Source: a virus
Strand: one strand, 5' to 3'
Length of the DNA stretch: 64,000 bases
IMG/VR virus record: IMGVR_UViG_3300028840_005911
Location: 96,001 to 160,000 of that record
Of the stretch, positions 8,417 to 17,596 are shown piece by piece. The notes below the pieces were generated by a model that was not told the origin of the DNA, ran no database searches, and saw only the letters and a list, made by a program, of their open reading frames with translations. Made by a program: the position numbers and the translations under genes. Position 1 is the first letter of the stretch; every line of letters begins with the position of its first letter.

Positions 8417-8730
8417 GCATTGAATGTACGTGCATAAACGTCTACCCTGACCTCGAGTCTCCTGGGTTTCAGACCATCACCGAACGAACGGCGCGCAAAG
8501 AGCACGTATGCTGTGAGTGTGAAGGAGATATCAAGCCGGGAGACAAGTACGAGGAAGTCAGGGGAAAGTGGGATGGGGAGATCCGCGTCTTCAAGACCTG
8601 CATGCCTTGCGTCATCATGTGTGATGACATCTTCTGCGGCTCCCGCCCGCTGGGTGACGCCCACGAGTACATATGGGAAGCGATCGGTGTGGACATCATC
8701 ACCGGGGAAGTGCAGGATGACGACGAATAG
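8413..8730 (+). CDS. conserved phage Cys-rich protein
   Basis: ARKEHVCCEC...I.PG.KY...FKTC..C. Confidence 0.7.
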   Translation: MSIECTCINVYPDLESPGFQTITERTARKEHVCCECEGDIKPGDKYEEVRGKWDGEIRVFKTCMPCVIMCDDIFCGSRPLGDAHEYIWEAIGVDIITGEVQDDDE

Positions 8731-8759
8731 TTGAACACCCGACCGGGGTTCGCTACAAT
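8731..8759 (+). promoter_or_regulatory. sigma70-like promoter for the tRNA
   Basis: TTGAAC-17 bp-TACAAT ending 6 nt before the tRNA 5' end. Confidence 0.7.
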
Positions 8760-8765
8760 CGACGC

Positions 8766-8841
8766 GGATCGGTAGTTCAGCTGGTAGAACGCTGGTCTGT
8801 TAAACCAGAAGTCCGAGGTTCAAGTCCTCGCCGATCCGCCA
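8766..8841 (+). tRNA. trnN: tRNA-Asn (GTT), CCA encoded
   Basis: acceptor GGATCGG/CCGATCC, D stem GTTC/GAAC, anticodon arm CTGGT-CTGTTAA-ACCAG, T arm CGAGG-TTCAAGT-CCTCG, 76 nt. Confidence 0.97.
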
Positions 8842-8887
8842 ATCACTGCTACGCAACAATTCAATCTATAACGTTTGGAGAATACAA

Positions 8888-10888
8888 ATGTTCAAGGATT
8901 TCCAAAAGGCACTCAAGGAGCACTTCCAGGAGATGGACCAGAGGTCACTCTTCCGGGTAGACATCGAGCCGGACAAGCTATGGGAGAAGTACCTGGCCAG
9001 CTTCCCGCCCGGCACCAACGAGGTGTTTCGAGAAAGGACCGAGCACGACTGCTCATGCTGTCGTGCGTTCATCAAGAAGGTAGGCGGGCTGGTCTCCATA
9101 GAGGACAACCAGCTGGTCTCCATTTGGGATGTGGAGGTCGAGGGGTTCTACCAAGAGGTAGCCGACAAGATGGGCAGGATGGTGAGGCGGGCAAAGGTGA
9201 ACGACCTGTTCCTCCACTACGAGAAGGGCGTCGGCACCCTCTCGAATAGGGAGCTGATCGGTGACGAGGTTCACACCTGGAGCCATTTCCACCTGGACCT
9301 GCCGCCCCGGTGCGTGGTCACCAATCAGATTGATCTCAATGCGAAGGTCGGCGAGTACAGGGAGTCCAGGAACGTGTTCAAGAGGGGGCTGGAGGAGCTC
9401 ACGTCCGAGGCTCTGAACATCGTCCTCGACCTTATCGACCAGGACTCTCTGTACCGTGGAGCGGAGTTCAAAACGTCGATCAGCAAGTTCCTGCAGGTCA
9501 AGACTGCTTACGAGAAGCTGCCAAAGAAGAAAAGGGACAACTTCTGCTGGGCCAACGCAGCGCTCCCCTGCTCTCGTCTGAGGAACACGGCCATCGGCCA
9601 GCTGCTCATCAACCTGTCCGATGACATGGACCTGGACACCGCAGTCAAGAAGTACGAGTCCATCGTGGCTCCGGCCAACTACAAGCGTCCCAAGGCCTTG
9701 ATAACGCCCCGCATGATCAAGGACGCCAAGAAGAAGATCGAGGAGCTCGGCATCGAAGAGGCCTTGTACCGTAGGCATGCAACCCTGGATGACGTGAACA
9801 TCAACGACATCCTCTACACGGACAAGTCACTGAAGAAAGAAAAGGACCTGTTCGAGCAGCTGATCGATGACACCCCGGTCAACCTGAAGAAGCTGAGCAA
9901 GGTGGAGGAGATCAGCATCGACGACTTCATCGAGAAGGTCGTCCCGAAGGCGGAGAAGATAGAGCTGCTCGTGGAGAACAGGCACAACAATAACTTCATG
10001 AGCATCTTGGCACCCAAGAACGGGTCTGATGCGAAGATCTTCAAGTGGGACAACCTGTTCAGCTGGTCGTACAACAACAATACCGCCGACTCGATGAAGG
10101 AGCGGGTCAAGAGCATGGGCGGCAACGTTGAGGGCATCCTCCGGTTCAGCCTCCAGTGGAACGAGGACGGTCAGGACCAGAACGACCTGGACGCCCATTG
10201 CAGGGAGCCGGATAGGAACCTGATCTTCTACCAGAACAAAGGGCGAGTCCACAGGTCATCGGGGATGCTGGACGTGGACATCATCACCCCCGGCAAGGAC
10301 GTCGCGGTGGAGAACATCGCTTACACACATCCTGGGAGGATGAAGACCGGTGTGTACACGTTCTTGGTCCACTGCTACAGCTACCATGGAGGCACAGGAG
10401 GCTTCCGGGCAGAGGTAGAGTTCGACGGGGTGATCCACTCGTTCAACTACCCGAAGCCCCTGCGGCAAGACGAGAAGGTCACGGTTGCCCAAGTCAAGAT
10501 GAGCAAGCACGGATTCGAAATGGTCAAGTCCCTGGACTCAATCCAGGAGAACAAGGAGGTATGGGGAGTCACCACGAATCGTTTCCACGAGGTCTCGATG
10601 ATCATGAACTCGCCGAACTTCTGGGACGGGAGCTCCATCGGAAACAAGCACTTCTTCTTCATCCTGAACAAGTGCAGGACTGAGGACAAGATGCGTGGGT
10701 TCTACAACGAGTTCTTGCTCGATGAGCACCTCAAGCATAGGAAGGTTTTCGAAGTGCTTGGCAACGCCCTCAAGGTGGAGCCGAGCGAGCAGCAGCTGAG
10801 TGGTCTGGGGTTCTCCATCACTCAGCGGAATTCAGTCATCTGTCGGGTCTCGGGAAGTTTCTCGAGGACCGTGAAAATCAACTTCTAG
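8888..10888 (+). CDS. large conserved phage protein with a DUF2135/YfaP-like C-terminal domain
   Basis: HDCSCC near the N-terminus; NDLDAHC.EP...GMLDVD...VENI motif. Confidence 0.6.
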   Translation: MFKDFQKALKEHFQEMDQRSLFRVDIEPDKLWEKYLASFPPGTNEVFRERTEHDCSCCRAFIKKVGGLVSIEDNQLVSIWDVEVEGFYQEVADKMGRMVRRAKVNDLFLHYEKGVGTLSNRELIGDEVHTWSHFHLDLPPRCVVTNQIDLNAKVGEYRESRNVFKRGLEELTSEALNIVLDLIDQDSLYRGAEFKTSISKFLQVKTAYEKLPKKKRDNFCWANAALPCSRLRNTAIGQLLINLSDDMDLDTAVKKYESIVAPANYKRPKALITPRMIKDAKKKIEELGIEEALYRRHATLDDVNINDILYTDKSLKKEKDLFEQLIDDTPVNLKKLSKVEEISIDDFIEKVVPKAEKIELLVENRHNNNFMSILAPKNGSDAKIFKWDNLFSWSYNNNTADSMKERVKSMGGNVEGILRFSLQWNEDGQDQNDLDAHCREPDRNLIFYQNKGRVHRSSGMLDVDIITPGKDVAVENIAYTHPGRMKTGVYTFLVHCYSYHGGTGGFRAEVEFDGVIHSFNYPKPLRQDEKVTVAQVKMSKHGFEMVKSLDSIQENKEVWGVTTNRFHEVSMIMNSPNFWDGSSIGNKHFFFILNKCRTEDKMRGFYNEFLLDEHLKHRKVFEVLGNALKVEPSEQQLSGLGFSITQRNSVICRVSGSFSRTVKINF

Positions 10889-10903
10889 TTGAAGGAGGGT
10901 AAG

Positions 10904-11278
10904 ATGTTCGAGAAAGCAAGTCGGAAGAAGCTGCGGTTCAAGCACACCAAGGGTATGATCAGTGTCGAGGAGCTGTGGGACCTGCCCCTGAAGCCGGACC
11001 TGGACAACCTGGCGAAGGCCAGCTACCAGAAGCTGCAGAGCTCGGTCAAGAGCTTCGTGGACAAGAGGAAGCCCCGAGAGAACGCCGATGAGCAGCTCAG
11101 GCTGGACCTGCTGAAGCACGTGATCGGGGTCAAGATCGATGAGATCGAGAACGCAGAGAAGCTCGCAGCCAAGAAGGCACAGAAGGAGCGCATCCTGGAC
11201 ATCATCGAGGAGAAGGAGGACGAGAAGCTGGCGTCCAAGAGCGTCAGCGAGCTCAAGAAGATGATCAAGAAGCTGTAG
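10904..11278 (+). CDS. conserved helical phage protein, partner of the upstream gene
   Basis: MFEKASRKKLRF...VEELWDLPL; GAAGGAGG RBS. Confidence 0.75.
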   Translation: MFEKASRKKLRFKHTKGMISVEELWDLPLKPDLDNLAKASYQKLQSSVKSFVDKRKPRENADEQLRLDLLKHVIGVKIDEIENAEKLAAKKAQKERILDIIEEKEDEKLASKSVSELKKMIKKL

Positions 11279-11282
11279 CTAC

Positions 11283-11316
11283 GTAAAAGAAAGGGGTTGA
11301 GCCCCTTTCTTTTAGC
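11283..11316. terminator. bidirectional intrinsic terminator
   Basis: GTAAAAGAAAGGGG-TTGAG-CCCCTTTCTTTTAGC between convergent genes. Confidence 0.85.
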
Positions 11317-11318
11317 CC

Positions 11319-12770
11319 TCAGTGGATGGTGGCTCCAAGTTTTGTCAGGTGACGCCTTGGGGGCCAGACCACTCCGTGGCGAGGGACTTCGAGACGATTG
11401 AGAAGCTCAACCCACCCTTTCCGAGACCGTTCGACTCTGTTCTCAAGTATGATAGGGCTCCATTCCTGGCTCATCACGCCCTTACTAACGCAGTACAGTT
11501 TTGGCCACGGTACCGTGGCGTATGCCCTGGCCCTCTCATTTGGAGTTGACTCGTCCGTGAGAATCACGACCCCTGTGAGGTCCGGGAGGCCTTCCTTGAA
11601 GTCCTCCGCAGTCTTGATGCCGTGCCCCCTGAGATATTCAACGGTGTCGTCGTAGTTGTAGCCTGTATACGGGAGACCGACACTCCTGGTGAGTGCTGCC
11701 AGGGCCTCCGTCCAGGTACGGAAACTCTCCGAGAAATTATTTCCCCTCCGCATGACCACCTTGTACCTGCCGCCCTCCAGGTTATTTTGGAAGAGGTGGT
11801 AGACCGTGTAATCTTGCGACCTTGCCATATCGATCCCTTTAAGAGAATCCTTCTCGAAGAACACTGCAACTTTCGAAAGGTCCGAGGCGTTGGGCTTAGT
11901 CGCTTCCTGGAAATCGACCTCCAGCTTAGCCCCTCTGTTCCTGAGCCTGAAGAGGAACTCAGAGGTGTTGCTTTCCGGGTCATCGTACTCCACCTGAGTG
12001 AAAACCAGAGGAGTGTGAAGGAGGCTGAACAGGGTCTCCCAAGCTATCCTCCAGTTTGGTACAGTCGTGCAGCATCCGGCTCCTCCTTCTGTCCCGTCGA
12101 CCACTATCACGTGCTTCGCCCAATGCCATATTACATCTACTCGTGCGTTGTCGGAGAGGATGTAGATACTGTAACCTTCCTTGTGTGCCCGAGCTATTGC
12201 CGAGGTGTCGTATCTCCTTTTGCCGAATTGCTCCACGAACACAGCAACCTTGCTGAGGTCTGGTTTGTTACCGCCCCAGAACGTCCCCTCTGGCCTCTCC
12301 GGAGTTGACAACACACCCTGTATCTCACGCTTGAAAGAGTTCTTGGTGAGGTCCCATGTCGCCTGGTACATAGCAGTGTCATCCCTCTCTGAGCTGTCTT
12401 GCTCTGGGAACTCGGCGCGGACCTTCTCTGCAGCCATCTCGTCGTTGAAGATGGCAATCTTGTTCCTAGTATTTTTGTCCCTCACGACGACCCAAGGCCA
12501 CTTGCCGTGGAGGGCGAGAACGACTGGGACGATATCACTGTTGATGTGGAACCAGCGCCCCTCTGACCCGGGAGGGAACTCATACCCGACGAGCTCGAAG
12601 AAGTACAGATCCTTTGACCACCTGAGGTGCTTGAGAACTATAGTCTTCATACACTCGAACCGTTCCCTGTCGTCGTACCTCCACTTGTCTATCTTGATGC
12701 CGCCGCCGAGCATCAAGATGTTGCCGAGCTCAGAGCTCTTGATCTTGCGGACCTTTCTCATAATCTTCAT
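11319..12770 (-). CDS. hypothetical protein, paralogue family A (IKSSEL N-domain)
   Basis: VRKIKSSEL...LRWSKDLY...WPWVVV...IFND; internal DLSKVAVF repeats. Confidence 0.75.
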   Translation of the reverse strand: MKIMRKVRKIKSSELGNILMLGGGIKIDKWRYDDRERFECMKTIVLKHLRWSKDLYFFELVGYEFPPGSEGRWFHINSDIVPVVLALHGKWPWVVVRDKNTRNKIAIFNDEMAAEKVRAEFPEQDSSERDDTAMYQATWDLTKNSFKREIQGVLSTPERPEGTFWGGNKPDLSKVAVFVEQFGKRRYDTSAIARAHKEGYSIYILSDNARVDVIWHWAKHVIVVDGTEGGAGCCTTVPNWRIAWETLFSLLHTPLVFTQVEYDDPESNTSEFLFRLRNRGAKLEVDFQEATKPNASDLSKVAVFFEKDSLKGIDMARSQDYTVYHLFQNNLEGGRYKVVMRRGNNFSESFRTWTEALAALTRSVGLPYTGYNYDDTVEYLRGHGIKTAEDFKEGLPDLTGVVILTDESTPNERARAYATVPWPKLYCVSKGVMSQEWSPIILENRVERSRKGWVELLNRLEVPRHGVVWPPRRHLTKLGATIH

Positions 12771-13080
12771 CGCTTCCCTCCTTTATTGGTTCGTACCTGT
12801 GGACTTGCTCAAGATACCTGATGGCATCCTTCAGGACCAAAACCGAGTCCCGTAGTTCAAGAAGTTGGACCCTCATTATGCAGATATCTTGGTGGAGATG
12901 CTCGGCCACCCTCCTTTCAGGAGTGTTGTCGCTCCCGTCCGATAGAAGATCGTAGGTCTTCCTGATAGCATTGGCGGCATTGAGCATGTCATCTCCAGCA
13001 CTCAGGAGGTGAGAGTCAGCCTCACGTGTCCGCGCTGTCGCCTTACCGAGATTCTTCCAGTTCATCTTCATTCTTGCCAT
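12730..13080 (-). CDS. helical hypothetical protein
   Basis: MARMKMNWKNLGK...; start moved to 13080. Confidence 0.55.
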   Translation of the reverse strand: MARMKMNWKNLGKATARTREADSHLLSAGDDMLNAANAIRKTYDLLSDGSDNTPERRVAEHLHQDICIMRVQLLELRDSVLVLKDAIRYLEQVHRYEPIKEGSDEDYEKGPQDQEL

Positions 13081-13484
13081 ATCCATATCCCTTGTTGCCC
13101 CTTGGCGGGTATTGGTTCGTCGAACTTCTTGATGTCCTCGAGGAACAGACCGTAGATCTTGTACCCGAGGAAAGCAGGTGGAGTAGCGCAGCTGCACAGA
13201 GCTCGAGACGAGTCTCCGTCATTCAACTCACGGTGGGCCACTACCTCTGCGGTAGCCAGCACACATCCGAATGGGAGACGCTCCGGTATATATTTGAACA
13301 GCGTCACCGTATCGACGTAATTCCCAAGCGCCATAAGGTAGTGCTGTGAGTACGACTTAGCCGCGTGTATTGCTATCTGCTGTCCTAAGAGGGATTTGAA
13401 CCTGTCATGCTTCCTCGTCTCTATCGTCTTCAGCCCGTCTGCTATCAACGACGCCCAGGGTTGCCAGATCGTGATTGCTCTCAT
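13068..13484 (-). CDS. ASCH domain protein
   Basis: AITIWQPWASLIADGLKTIETR ... PAKGQQGIW. Confidence 0.9.
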   Translation of the reverse strand: MRAITIWQPWASLIADGLKTIETRKHDRFKSLLGQQIAIHAAKSYSQHYLMALGNYVDTVTLFKYIPERLPFGCVLATAEVVAHRELNDGDSSRALCSCATPPAFLGYKIYGLFLEDIKKFDEPIPAKGQQGIWIWQE

Positions 13485-13520
13485 CGCGTGTCTCCTTCTG
13501 GGTAAGCTTTTCCTTCACTG

Positions 13521-13530
13521 TTCTTATACC
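13521..13530 (-). promoter_or_regulatory. GGTATAAGAA promoter motif
   Basis: exact motif between a terminator and the ASCH gene start. Confidence 0.65.
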
Positions 13531-13558
13531 AGAAGATGAGAGGATTCTTCGAAGGAGT

Positions 13559-13590
13559 AAAAAAGAGTGGTGGGGTAGGATCACCACTCT
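13559..13590 (-). terminator. intrinsic terminator
   Basis: AGAGTGGTG-ATCCTACCC-CACCACTCT-TTTTT. Confidence 0.8.
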
Positions 13591-13764
13591 ATGTGACTCA
13601 GCAGGGATAATCCCCTGCTGGAAACATGTCCGGCTTTCACCCCGGCACTTCCCTACCCAGTAGAGTTGCGAGTCACCAGCATCTCTACCCCAGGTGAGTT
13701 ATCCATGCTCACCCGGAAAAGTGGTCGTTGGCGAGTGACGTCCGGGCAGGACGTATTCCTCGCC
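13559..13764 (-). ncRNA. candidate structured non-coding RNA with pseudoknots
   Basis: five hairpins plus three long-range complementarities (GTGACTC/GAGTCAC, GGGTAGG/CCTACCC, ACCACTTT/AGAGTGGT) filling an intergenic gap. Confidence 0.65.
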
Positions 13765-14052
13765 TCACTGTTCTTGTACCACATCCACGGTCGGATTTTC
13801 CACCTTCATGATGGGCCGGTCACCTTCCTTCCAGACCGGGATGGGGATGTCCTCTTTGACGGCGCACTTGTAACAGATGCGCTCTTCCTTGACGACCTCA
13901 GTCCCAACTCCGCCACGGTCTATTCTGCGGCTCTTTCCCCATCCGTCGGGAGTGAACCTCTCGGGGTATTCTTTCTCCCGGGTCTCGGAAACGATCTTGA
14001 TTTCCCGCTGCCCGAGCTCCGAATGCTTGCCGCACCTATCACACTTGTACAT
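13765..14052 (-). CDS. small Zn-binding protein
   Basis: MYKCDRCG ... ICYKC. Confidence 0.7.
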   Translation of the reverse strand: MYKCDRCGKHSELGQREIKIVSETREKEYPERFTPDGWGKSRRIDRGGVGTEVVKEERICYKCAVKEDIPIPVWKEGDRPIMKVENPTVDVVQEQ

Positions 14053-14065
14053 CTCACCTCCTAGA

Positions 14066-16345
14066 CTAGGTATTGCCCTTTTCGATGACCACCTTCTTCA
14101 ACCTCACCGAGAACATCAGCCTCTTCAGCTTGTCCAACTCGACATCTACCTGGTGACCGGTCATGGTGCCAAAGCGCTTGAAGGGGTATCTGGAACTCCT
14201 GAACTTGAAGGCCGCTCCGTCGCGGCAGAACGTGAACTTGAGCCTCAGTTCTTGCTCATCAAGGACTGGCTCTATGTGCACCTCGTCGTACTCCGTACCC
14301 ACGCGATCCTCGATGTGATCGAAGACGTTCCTTGAGAGGGATGGGTACTGGGTATCTTCTTGGGTCTCCTTGATGATCCTCCTCAGTTCCATTTCCGCAT
14401 CGACGGTGAGAACGTATTCTCCCTCTACCATGGACAGCTCTTCAGGGAGAAGCCTCCCAGATACGCTGCCAATGAGATCGTCATTGCGGTAGAGGCGCAG
14501 ATTGGCGAAAGCCTTTCCGTGTCTGGTGCCCTTGGTGATGAACTCCGGCCTGATGGAGCCGTAGGACTTGTCCAAGTTGTTTTCCCACGTCACGCTGACA
14601 TCTGACCAGATATGATCTTTCTCAGGAAGCGGGAAGTACTTCTCTCCTCTCATCCACACCGGCACAGATAACCTTTTGGCGACATCCATCATCGCTTTGT
14701 AGATGACCGAGGAGTCGTGGAACTTTGACCAGTACTCATCGACATCCTGGAAGGAAACATCGAAGTCCCTGCGGCAAACCAGCTTGTTGTCCTTGTGAAG
14801 GCCAATTGTCACGCGCGCCGTCACACCAACGAAGTCAACGGAGTTCCCGCTGACCGACGCTCCATCAAATTCGAGGCTCCGGCTAGACGCCCACTCGACC
14901 ACCTCGTTGGCAAGGTCCTCTGCGAAACTGTTCGTACCGCCCCTCTTCCTACCCAGCCACACCTTCTGAGCTGCGGCGCAGGCCATCTTCTGTATCTGCT
15001 CGTAAACGTCCCCGGCACCGAGAAGGTGCCTGTTGTCGAATTCCAACCTCATGGTTCCGCAGGGTCTGGCGTTCGACAACAGCCTGACATCGACTATCGT
15101 GGTGCCGTTCACAGGGGAGTTCAAACAGGTTTCCGCGTAGAAGGAATCGAAGTCGTCCCCTTCTGAGAAATCGAGCTCTGGATCTTCCGGGTACTCTGGT
15201 AGATCGGTCATGCTCATGACCTCTCTACTGGTGAATATCTTGGTCAGCTTACGATCCTTGACGGCGCAATCGGACATCTCCAGTGGCCCTCCACCTTGCT
15301 TCTTCCAGTACCTCTCCGCAGCTGCGCACATCATCTTGAAAGCGAAGTCCACCAGATCGTTGAAATCCTCCACGGACTCCGGTATCTCGCTGTTGTGGAT
15401 GGGGAGTCTGACCTCCCCTACCCTATTGTCCTTGTTGGCATGCGCGGGTGAACCGTACAGATAAGCCGCAGCGAATATACCACCTTTGCCCGGAACTAGA
15501 CGGGTCATCATGAATGAGGAGAACTCGTCCCCAGGACTTTTGTCCCAGTAATCGACACTGAGGTCACAGATGGGGTCCTCCTCGAATGACTCGTCCCCTC
15601 TCCAATGGGATTTCCACTGGGATTTGCGCAGCGTCTTTACGTGACCGTGCTCCTTGAACAGCTCCGCCACACCTTCATCGGTGAAGAACGTGGGCAGCTT
15701 GGCAGGGGGCGCTTCTACCCGCCTATCGACGACAGGTTTACCGAGCTTATTGACCTCCTTCCTGAGCTTCTTGAGATTGGAATCGAGGTTGTCTTTCCGT
15801 ACAACAGGCTCCGGATGTCTGTAGGTGTACTCAAGAGGTTTGATTCCAGCCGGGAGGTGCTTCAGATCCTTGAGGGAGTTTTGGACAATAGACTTGGTGG
15901 TTTCGTCAAATTGTCCAACGACTCCTTTGGTTCCTTCTTCGATGCCGGCGGTTACAGTAGCGTACATGCAGTACATCTCCGCGAGCTCGGCATCGTTCAT
16001 CACCGAAACCCTCTTGTCATGGCGGAAGGAGAAGACTTCGACAATGGGGTACTTGCTTGGCGTAATGTACCCATACCCATGGCCCAATCTTGGAACGGTC
16101 AGGAGTCTTTTTTCATCCCCATCCCGGTCCCGGGGGTACGAGACATCCTCGAATCTATCATCCCACTCCATGACGTACAGCTTCTTTTGCCACCTGAGGA
16201 AGCTCAGTATGGCCGTCACACCCCTTTCCACCCGTTTCCAGCCGTGACGTGTGAAATCCTCCTTTGGGTAGGTTCCCGGGTCAATATTGAGCTTGCAGAT
16301 CAGGAAATCTTTGAGCTCGGAGCTCTTTATCTCACGAACCTTCAT
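14066..16345 (-). CDS. 759-aa hypothetical protein, paralogue family A
   Basis: VREIKSSEL...LRWQKKLY...YPIVEV...VMND; repeated KM.CAAA...W units. Confidence 0.8.
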   Translation of the reverse strand: MKVREIKSSELKDFLICKLNIDPGTYPKEDFTRHGWKRVERGVTAILSFLRWQKKLYVMEWDDRFEDVSYPRDRDGDEKRLLTVPRLGHGYGYITPSKYPIVEVFSFRHDKRVSVMNDAELAEMYCMYATVTAGIEEGTKGVVGQFDETTKSIVQNSLKDLKHLPAGIKPLEYTYRHPEPVVRKDNLDSNLKKLRKEVNKLGKPVVDRRVEAPPAKLPTFFTDEGVAELFKEHGHVKTLRKSQWKSHWRGDESFEEDPICDLSVDYWDKSPGDEFSSFMMTRLVPGKGGIFAAAYLYGSPAHANKDNRVGEVRLPIHNSEIPESVEDFNDLVDFAFKMMCAAAERYWKKQGGGPLEMSDCAVKDRKLTKIFTSREVMSMTDLPEYPEDPELDFSEGDDFDSFYAETCLNSPVNGTTIVDVRLLSNARPCGTMRLEFDNRHLLGAGDVYEQIQKMACAAAQKVWLGRKRGGTNSFAEDLANEVVEWASSRSLEFDGASVSGNSVDFVGVTARVTIGLHKDNKLVCRRDFDVSFQDVDEYWSKFHDSSVIYKAMMDVAKRLSVPVWMRGEKYFPLPEKDHIWSDVSVTWENNLDKSYGSIRPEFITKGTRHGKAFANLRLYRNDDLIGSVSGRLLPEELSMVEGEYVLTVDAEMELRRIIKETQEDTQYPSLSRNVFDHIEDRVGTEYDEVHIEPVLDEQELRLKFTFCRDGAAFKFRSSRYPFKRFGTMTGHQVDVELDKLKRLMFSVRLKKVVIEKGNT

Positions 16346-16358
16346 GGCTGGCCCTCCT

Positions 16359-17300
16359 TCACATGCTGTTGAACTTCTTCATGTCGTCGGGGTTGAACTT
16401 CACTTCTACGCCAGGCTGCGGAAAATTCTGCAAGGCGGGTCCGTCGGACCGGTCCCGTCCGAAGAACTTTGAAGGTAGCGCGTACGTCTCGAGGGCCAGC
16501 TTATTGAGGAGGTCCTGGAATTCCTGAAAAGTCTCAGGCTTCTCTTCCATTTCGATACACCCTATGTCCTTACTGTACCGGATGTCGGAGATGCGCCCAC
16601 TTTCGGGTTCAACTATCTCGAACGTGAAGGCTCCCTCACGTATCTCAGACCTCTTGGTGACGTACAGCCTTATTTCGGAGTTGCGAGCCACAACGTAGGT
16701 TTGGCCGGCTCCAGCCCCTCCAGTTATCTTCACGAGCTTGCCAACGTGCTCGTCCCCCTTCCACTCACCCTTGTCCCTCACGATATTCCCGACCGAGTCG
16801 TAGATCCCGGACTGTTCCTTCTCAATGACGCGCACTCCTCCGCTGAGGGTGAACTGCGGCTCTGCCTTGTCGTCCTCCTTGAAATGGCTATTGATGCTCT
16901 CGATCACATCAGAATTAGCCCTCATGACCGTGTCGATTGGCTCCCGGTCGTTGAAGATTGTGAACCCGCCGCCCGGGGAAAGAACCTCAACAAGCGGCCA
17001 ATCCCCGATGAGGTGGCCCTGTACCAGGACTGAGTTGTGGGCGAAGCCCTGGCCCCAAACCCAGCAGTTCTCCTCGCCTTTGAGAAGACGGAGGGGCGAC
17101 ACCAGATACAGCTCCTTCTGCCACTTGAGGAACTTCTTGATCTCCAAGACGAGGCGCTTGACGCACTTGTCTTCCTTGCCGAGCCGGCTCTTCGGGACCT
17201 TGAGGCTCTCCTCGTAGGTTCTCGCGAAGATCTTACCTTTACCACGAAGCACGCTCTCGAGCTCAGAGATCTTGATCTTCCTAATCCTTACGTCACTCAT
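16359..17300 (-). CDS. hypothetical protein, paralogue family A
   Basis: IRKIKISEL...LKWQKELY...WPLVEV...IFND; start MSDVR at 17300 (ATGA overlap). Confidence 0.75.
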   Translation of the reverse strand: MSDVRIRKIKISELESVLRGKGKIFARTYEESLKVPKSRLGKEDKCVKRLVLEIKKFLKWQKELYLVSPLRLLKGEENCWVWGQGFAHNSVLVQGHLIGDWPLVEVLSPGGGFTIFNDREPIDTVMRANSDVIESINSHFKEDDKAEPQFTLSGGVRVIEKEQSGIYDSVGNIVRDKGEWKGDEHVGKLVKITGGAGAGQTYVVARNSEIRLYVTKRSEIREGAFTFEIVEPESGRISDIRYSKDIGCIEMEEKPETFQEFQDLLNKLALETYALPSKFFGRDRSDGPALQNFPQPGVEVKFNPDDMKKFNSM

Positions 17301-17596
17301 GGTTTCATTCCCTCCTTGTCCGGCAGCTTGTCGAACTTCTCGTGGTATTCTACAAACAAATCGGACAGGATTGCCATCTTTCTTATACAGCTCCATTGCT
17401 CGTCGGTGAAAAGCCGTCTGAAGTGTTCAGCATCCTCTACGGTGCCGACCATCTCATCGACCTGGTCCTCGAGCTCCACGAAAGCGTAGTAGAATACGTT
17501 CTTGATGTGCTCGTGGCTCGCCCTGTCCGATAGCAGCTCCAGTTCCTTCTTCTTGTACTCCTCATACTCTTCCGGTGAGTATACCTTAATCGCCAT
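17297..17596 (-). CDS. hypothetical protein
   Basis: 99-aa ORF in the coupled leftward run. Confidence 0.65.
   Translation of the reverse strand: MAIKVYSPEEYEEYKKKELELLSDRASHEHIKNVFYYAFVELEDQVDEMVGTVEDAEHFRRLFTDEQWSCIRKMAILSDLFVEYHEKFDKLPDKEGMKP

Noticed and set aside
13630-13660. Cobalamin riboswitch call from AGGGAAG..CCGG-GGTGAAAG-CCGG
   Set aside because: No GCCCCC P5/L5 or GCCACTG B12 box follows; kept only as part of the unknown RNA
13559-13764. tmRNA, SRP or RNase P identity
   Set aside because: No tRNA-like ends, no SRP GGAA/CAGG loop, and no GAGGAAAGUCC conserved region
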